A DNA stretch of 64,000 nucleotides from Candidatus Thorarchaeota archaeon (lineage in GTDB: Archaea > Asgardarchaeota > Thorarchaeia > Thorarchaeales > Thorarchaeaceae): positions 62,533-126,532 of the forward strand of contig CAVSBO010000007.1 of assembly GCA_963726195.1 (NCBI GenBank), given 5' to 3'. The position numbers and the translations under genes were made by a program. Below the pieces are notes generated by a model. It was not told the DNA's origin and made no database searches. It saw nothing but the letters and a program-made list of their open reading frames with translations. This document shows, piece by piece, positions 61,593 through 64,000 of the stretch (position 1 is its first letter; the number at the start of each line of letters is the position of its first letter).

Positions 61593-63089
61593 GTGGTAGA
61601 ACTGAGCTTCTTTGGCGGAGTCGGCGAGATAGGTGGCAACAAGATACTCCTTCAGGATGGAAAGACTCGCGTCTTCTTGGACTTCGGACTTAGCTTCGGT
61701 CTGCAACAAACCTACTATGACGCATACCTTCAGCCTCGACCATTTGGGACAATCGATGAATACGTGGCATTTGGCCTGCTACCTAGAATAAAGGGGCTCT
61801 ATCGGGAGGACCACCTAGCGCACACTTCTCCAAAACACGAGTTACTAGATTCCAAGAAAGCCGCCGAGGCCGTGTTGATAAGCCATGCACACATGGATCA
61901 CGTTGGGTTGATTCCGTACCTGCGACCTGACATCCAACTAGTCGGTTCCGGCACTACACACAACATCCTGTCCTACCTGCAGGATACGACTAACGGTGAT
62001 GCTCAGGATTTCCGTGATTGGTACCCGTCTTTCAGGCTCATCTCGATGAAACGAGGAGGGGGCATGAAGCGGGCTACCAGCGCGGACTTGGAGGCCGAGA
62101 AGAAGACCCGCGAGTATGTCACTCTGGAGAAGGGACGACCGCATCAGCTGGGTGATATCGAGGTCGCGATGTATCCAGTGGACCACAGTCTGCCGGGCTC
62201 AGATGCGTATGTCATCACAACTAGTTCGGGCAGTATAGCGTATACGGGAGACCTAAGATTCCATGGATACAACTCAGTCACGACTAGAGAGTTCGCCAAG
62301 ACTCTTGAGGGCGCGGACATCAAGGTTCTTCTATGTGAAGGCACGCGTGCAAGCGACAAACCGGGTTTCACTGAGGAGTCACTTGAGAATGAACTCACAC
62401 GGGTCTTTGGTGAAACGAAGAAGCTCATACTAGTGAACTACTCGGCGCGTGATACAGGCCGAATTCTTACGCTCTCAAAGGCTGCGACTGCTTGCGGACG
62501 GAGATTGCTGATCAATCCCAATCAGGCCTACTACCTCAAGGTCCTGCGTGACGGAGGTGAGAAGGCTCTCCCTGCTGAGAATGACGTGGACATCCTGTTG
62601 CCGAGAAAGGGTTGGGGTGTCTGGGGCAACTCTGATTATGACGAGAAGAACCAGAAGGAGGACTACACCGGTAGCTACCCAAAGGCTGTGAGAGAATATA
62701 TGTTTCAGCAGTCAGCCTTGGTGACTCCCGAGGATGTTGCAGACGCACAGACCGACTATGTGGTCACATGCAGCTTCTACGAGCTCAACCTGCTTCATGA
62801 CTTGAAGCCTGAAGAGGGTAGTCGCTTCATCTGGTCCCAATCGGAGCCATATGACGAGGAAACTGTCATCGACTTCAATCGGGTCAAGAACTGGCTCACT
62901 CACTTTGGACTGGGAGAACCTCATCAGTTGCATTGCTCAGGTCACATGTGTGGCGAAGAGATTGAGCAGCTCATAAAGAGCACCAATCCCGAAATAGTTG
63001 TGCCAATCCACACTCTGGAGCCGGAGCTCTTCAAGAAGTGGCACAAGGATGTGAGAGTCATCCAGCGGAATGGAGTGTTGCGAATCTAG
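61593..63089 (+). CDS. MBL / beta-CASP (RNase J-like) nuclease
   Basis: GGVGEIGGN, SHAHMDH, DHS, YTGDLRFHG, HCSGH, VPIHT. Confidence 0.85.
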   Translation: MVELSFFGGVGEIGGNKILLQDGKTRVFLDFGLSFGLQQTYYDAYLQPRPFGTIDEYVAFGLLPRIKGLYREDHLAHTSPKHELLDSKKAAEAVLISHAHMDHVGLIPYLRPDIQLVGSGTTHNILSYLQDTTNGDAQDFRDWYPSFRLISMKRGGGMKRATSADLEAEKKTREYVTLEKGRPHQLGDIEVAMYPVDHSLPGSDAYVITTSSGSIAYTGDLRFHGYNSVTTREFAKTLEGADIKVLLCEGTRASDKPGFTEESLENELTRVFGETKKLILVNYSARDTGRILTLSKAATACGRRLLINPNQAYYLKVLRDGGEKALPAENDVDILLPRKGWGVWGNSDYDEKNQKEDYTGSYPKAVREYMFQQSALVTPEDVADAQTDYVVTCSFYELNLLHDLKPEEGSRFIWSQSEPYDEETVIDFNRVKNWLTHFGLGEPHQLHCSGHMCGEEIEQLIKSTNPEIVVPIHTLEPELFKKWHKDVRVIQRNGVLRI

Positions 63090-63113
63090 TGGAAATGCTG
63101 GAGGGGCTATCCA

Positions 63114-64000
63114 ATGAACAAACAGGCCTACATCACGCTAATGGGCAGAAGTGGGTGGGCGGTCCTGAACTCGTTTCATGCCTCTGTCATCGAAACCGAC
63201 TATCGACCTCAAGAGATTCATGTCCTCTGTGAGTCCCAATTCTCTGATAATGTTCGGCCAGTGATGAAGGGCATTGAGATCATTCAGAGTTCCTATTCCA
63301 CGCCTAGCGTCCACGTTGTCAAAATACCGGACTGGGATGCCCGTGCCACGGGAACGACTGCCCTAAGCCTTGTTCAGCAGCTCAGGAGAGATGGATTCGA
63401 AGTCGCACTTGACATCACAGGCGGCAGAAAGGCTCCCGTGGCAGGCTCTCTGCTGGCACTGAAGAACGAGAGCCTTAGGCATCTGTTCTACCTCGGCATA
63501 GAAACCACACAGGGAGCGGCGAAACCGTACCTTCTGATTCCGAAGAGAAAACAGAGGCTGTTTGACCTCACTACGGGAGAAGTCCAGACTGAGCAGCCGG
63601 TTTTCGACCAAGCGAACGCAGATACCGATCTGGTCCTGACAAGAGAGTGCATGATGATCCTGCTCAATCAAGCTTACGCACGGGGCGAGAGAATACTGGT
63701 AAGGGCTCCTCTGTTGGGAGTGGACATACTCGAAGTCAATCCTCTTGCTGCGAAGGTCACATTGAAGACAGATGCCGACGACTATGCGCAGAGGCGCAAG
63801 GAAAGTGAGTTCGAGGGTTCAGATCATCCCACCTATGCCGACCTGAAAAGGTGCCTGTGTTATTGTGGAATCTTGAGCTTCGAGAACGCTGACGAGCTTG
63901 TGACTCTCCTGAAGAACGATATCAGCAAGGATTACTATGAACAGCCGGGAATGCGACGAAATGCCCTAGCACTGGACTCAAACATGTTCTACAGTGGATT
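63114..64000 (+). CDS. CARF-domain protein with probable C-terminal PIN domain; runs off the window and is absent from the ORF track
   Basis: Open frame from ATG 63114 with GGAGGGG RBS: AYITLMGRS, ALDITGGRKA, LFYL, and ALDSNMFY at the edge. Confidence 0.75.
   Translation, partial: MNKQAYITLMGRSGWAVLNSFHASVIETDYRPQEIHVLCESQFSDNVRPVMKGIEIIQSSYSTPSVHVVKIPDWDARATGTTALSLVQQLRRDGFEVALDITGGRKAPVAGSLLALKNESLRHLFYLGIETTQGAAKPYLLIPKRKQRLFDLTTGEVQTEQPVFDQANADTDLVLTRECMMILLNQAYARGERILVRAPLLGVDILEVNPLAAKVTLKTDADDYAQRRKESEFEGSDHPTYADLKRCLCYCGILSFENADELVTLLKNDISKDYYEQPGMRRNALALDSNMFYSG

Overview
Archaeal chromosome segment, most likely from an Asgard archaeon (Thorarchaeota-like). This is inferred from Rab-like and MglA-like small GTPases, a roadblock protein, a WD40 protein, two EF-2 paralogs, archaeal TgtA and tetraether synthase. 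At least 16 genes, including essential ones, carry single-base frameshifts best explained as long-read indel errors. Positions 1-57.5 kb are mostly housekeeping (panE, EF-2, ileS, tes, tldD/E, GGPP synthase, ABC transporter, tgtA, hflX, PolB2, thyA, redoxin-nrdD), plus a soluble C1 methyl-transfer cluster (metV-metF-mtrH-mtrA-mtrH-mmp14-cofE-larC) and a signalling cluster (Rab-WD40-Rab, roadblock-Trx-KaiC-KaiC-helical repeat protein) interrupted by a solo tnpB. From 57.5 kb to the end is a defence-type island. The most striking signal is that degenerate copies of the nrdD 3' end recur at 60.2 kb and 61.4 kb, separating gene cassettes (R-M; OB-fold plus exonuclease; MBL nuclease plus a CARF-PIN gene missing from the ORF track). 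Also seen: tRNA-Gln(CUG) with a 30-nt BHB intron at T-loop position 59/60, and two promoter-associated structured ncRNA candidates with exposed CCCUCC motifs. All protein calls rest on motif recognition, not database searches.
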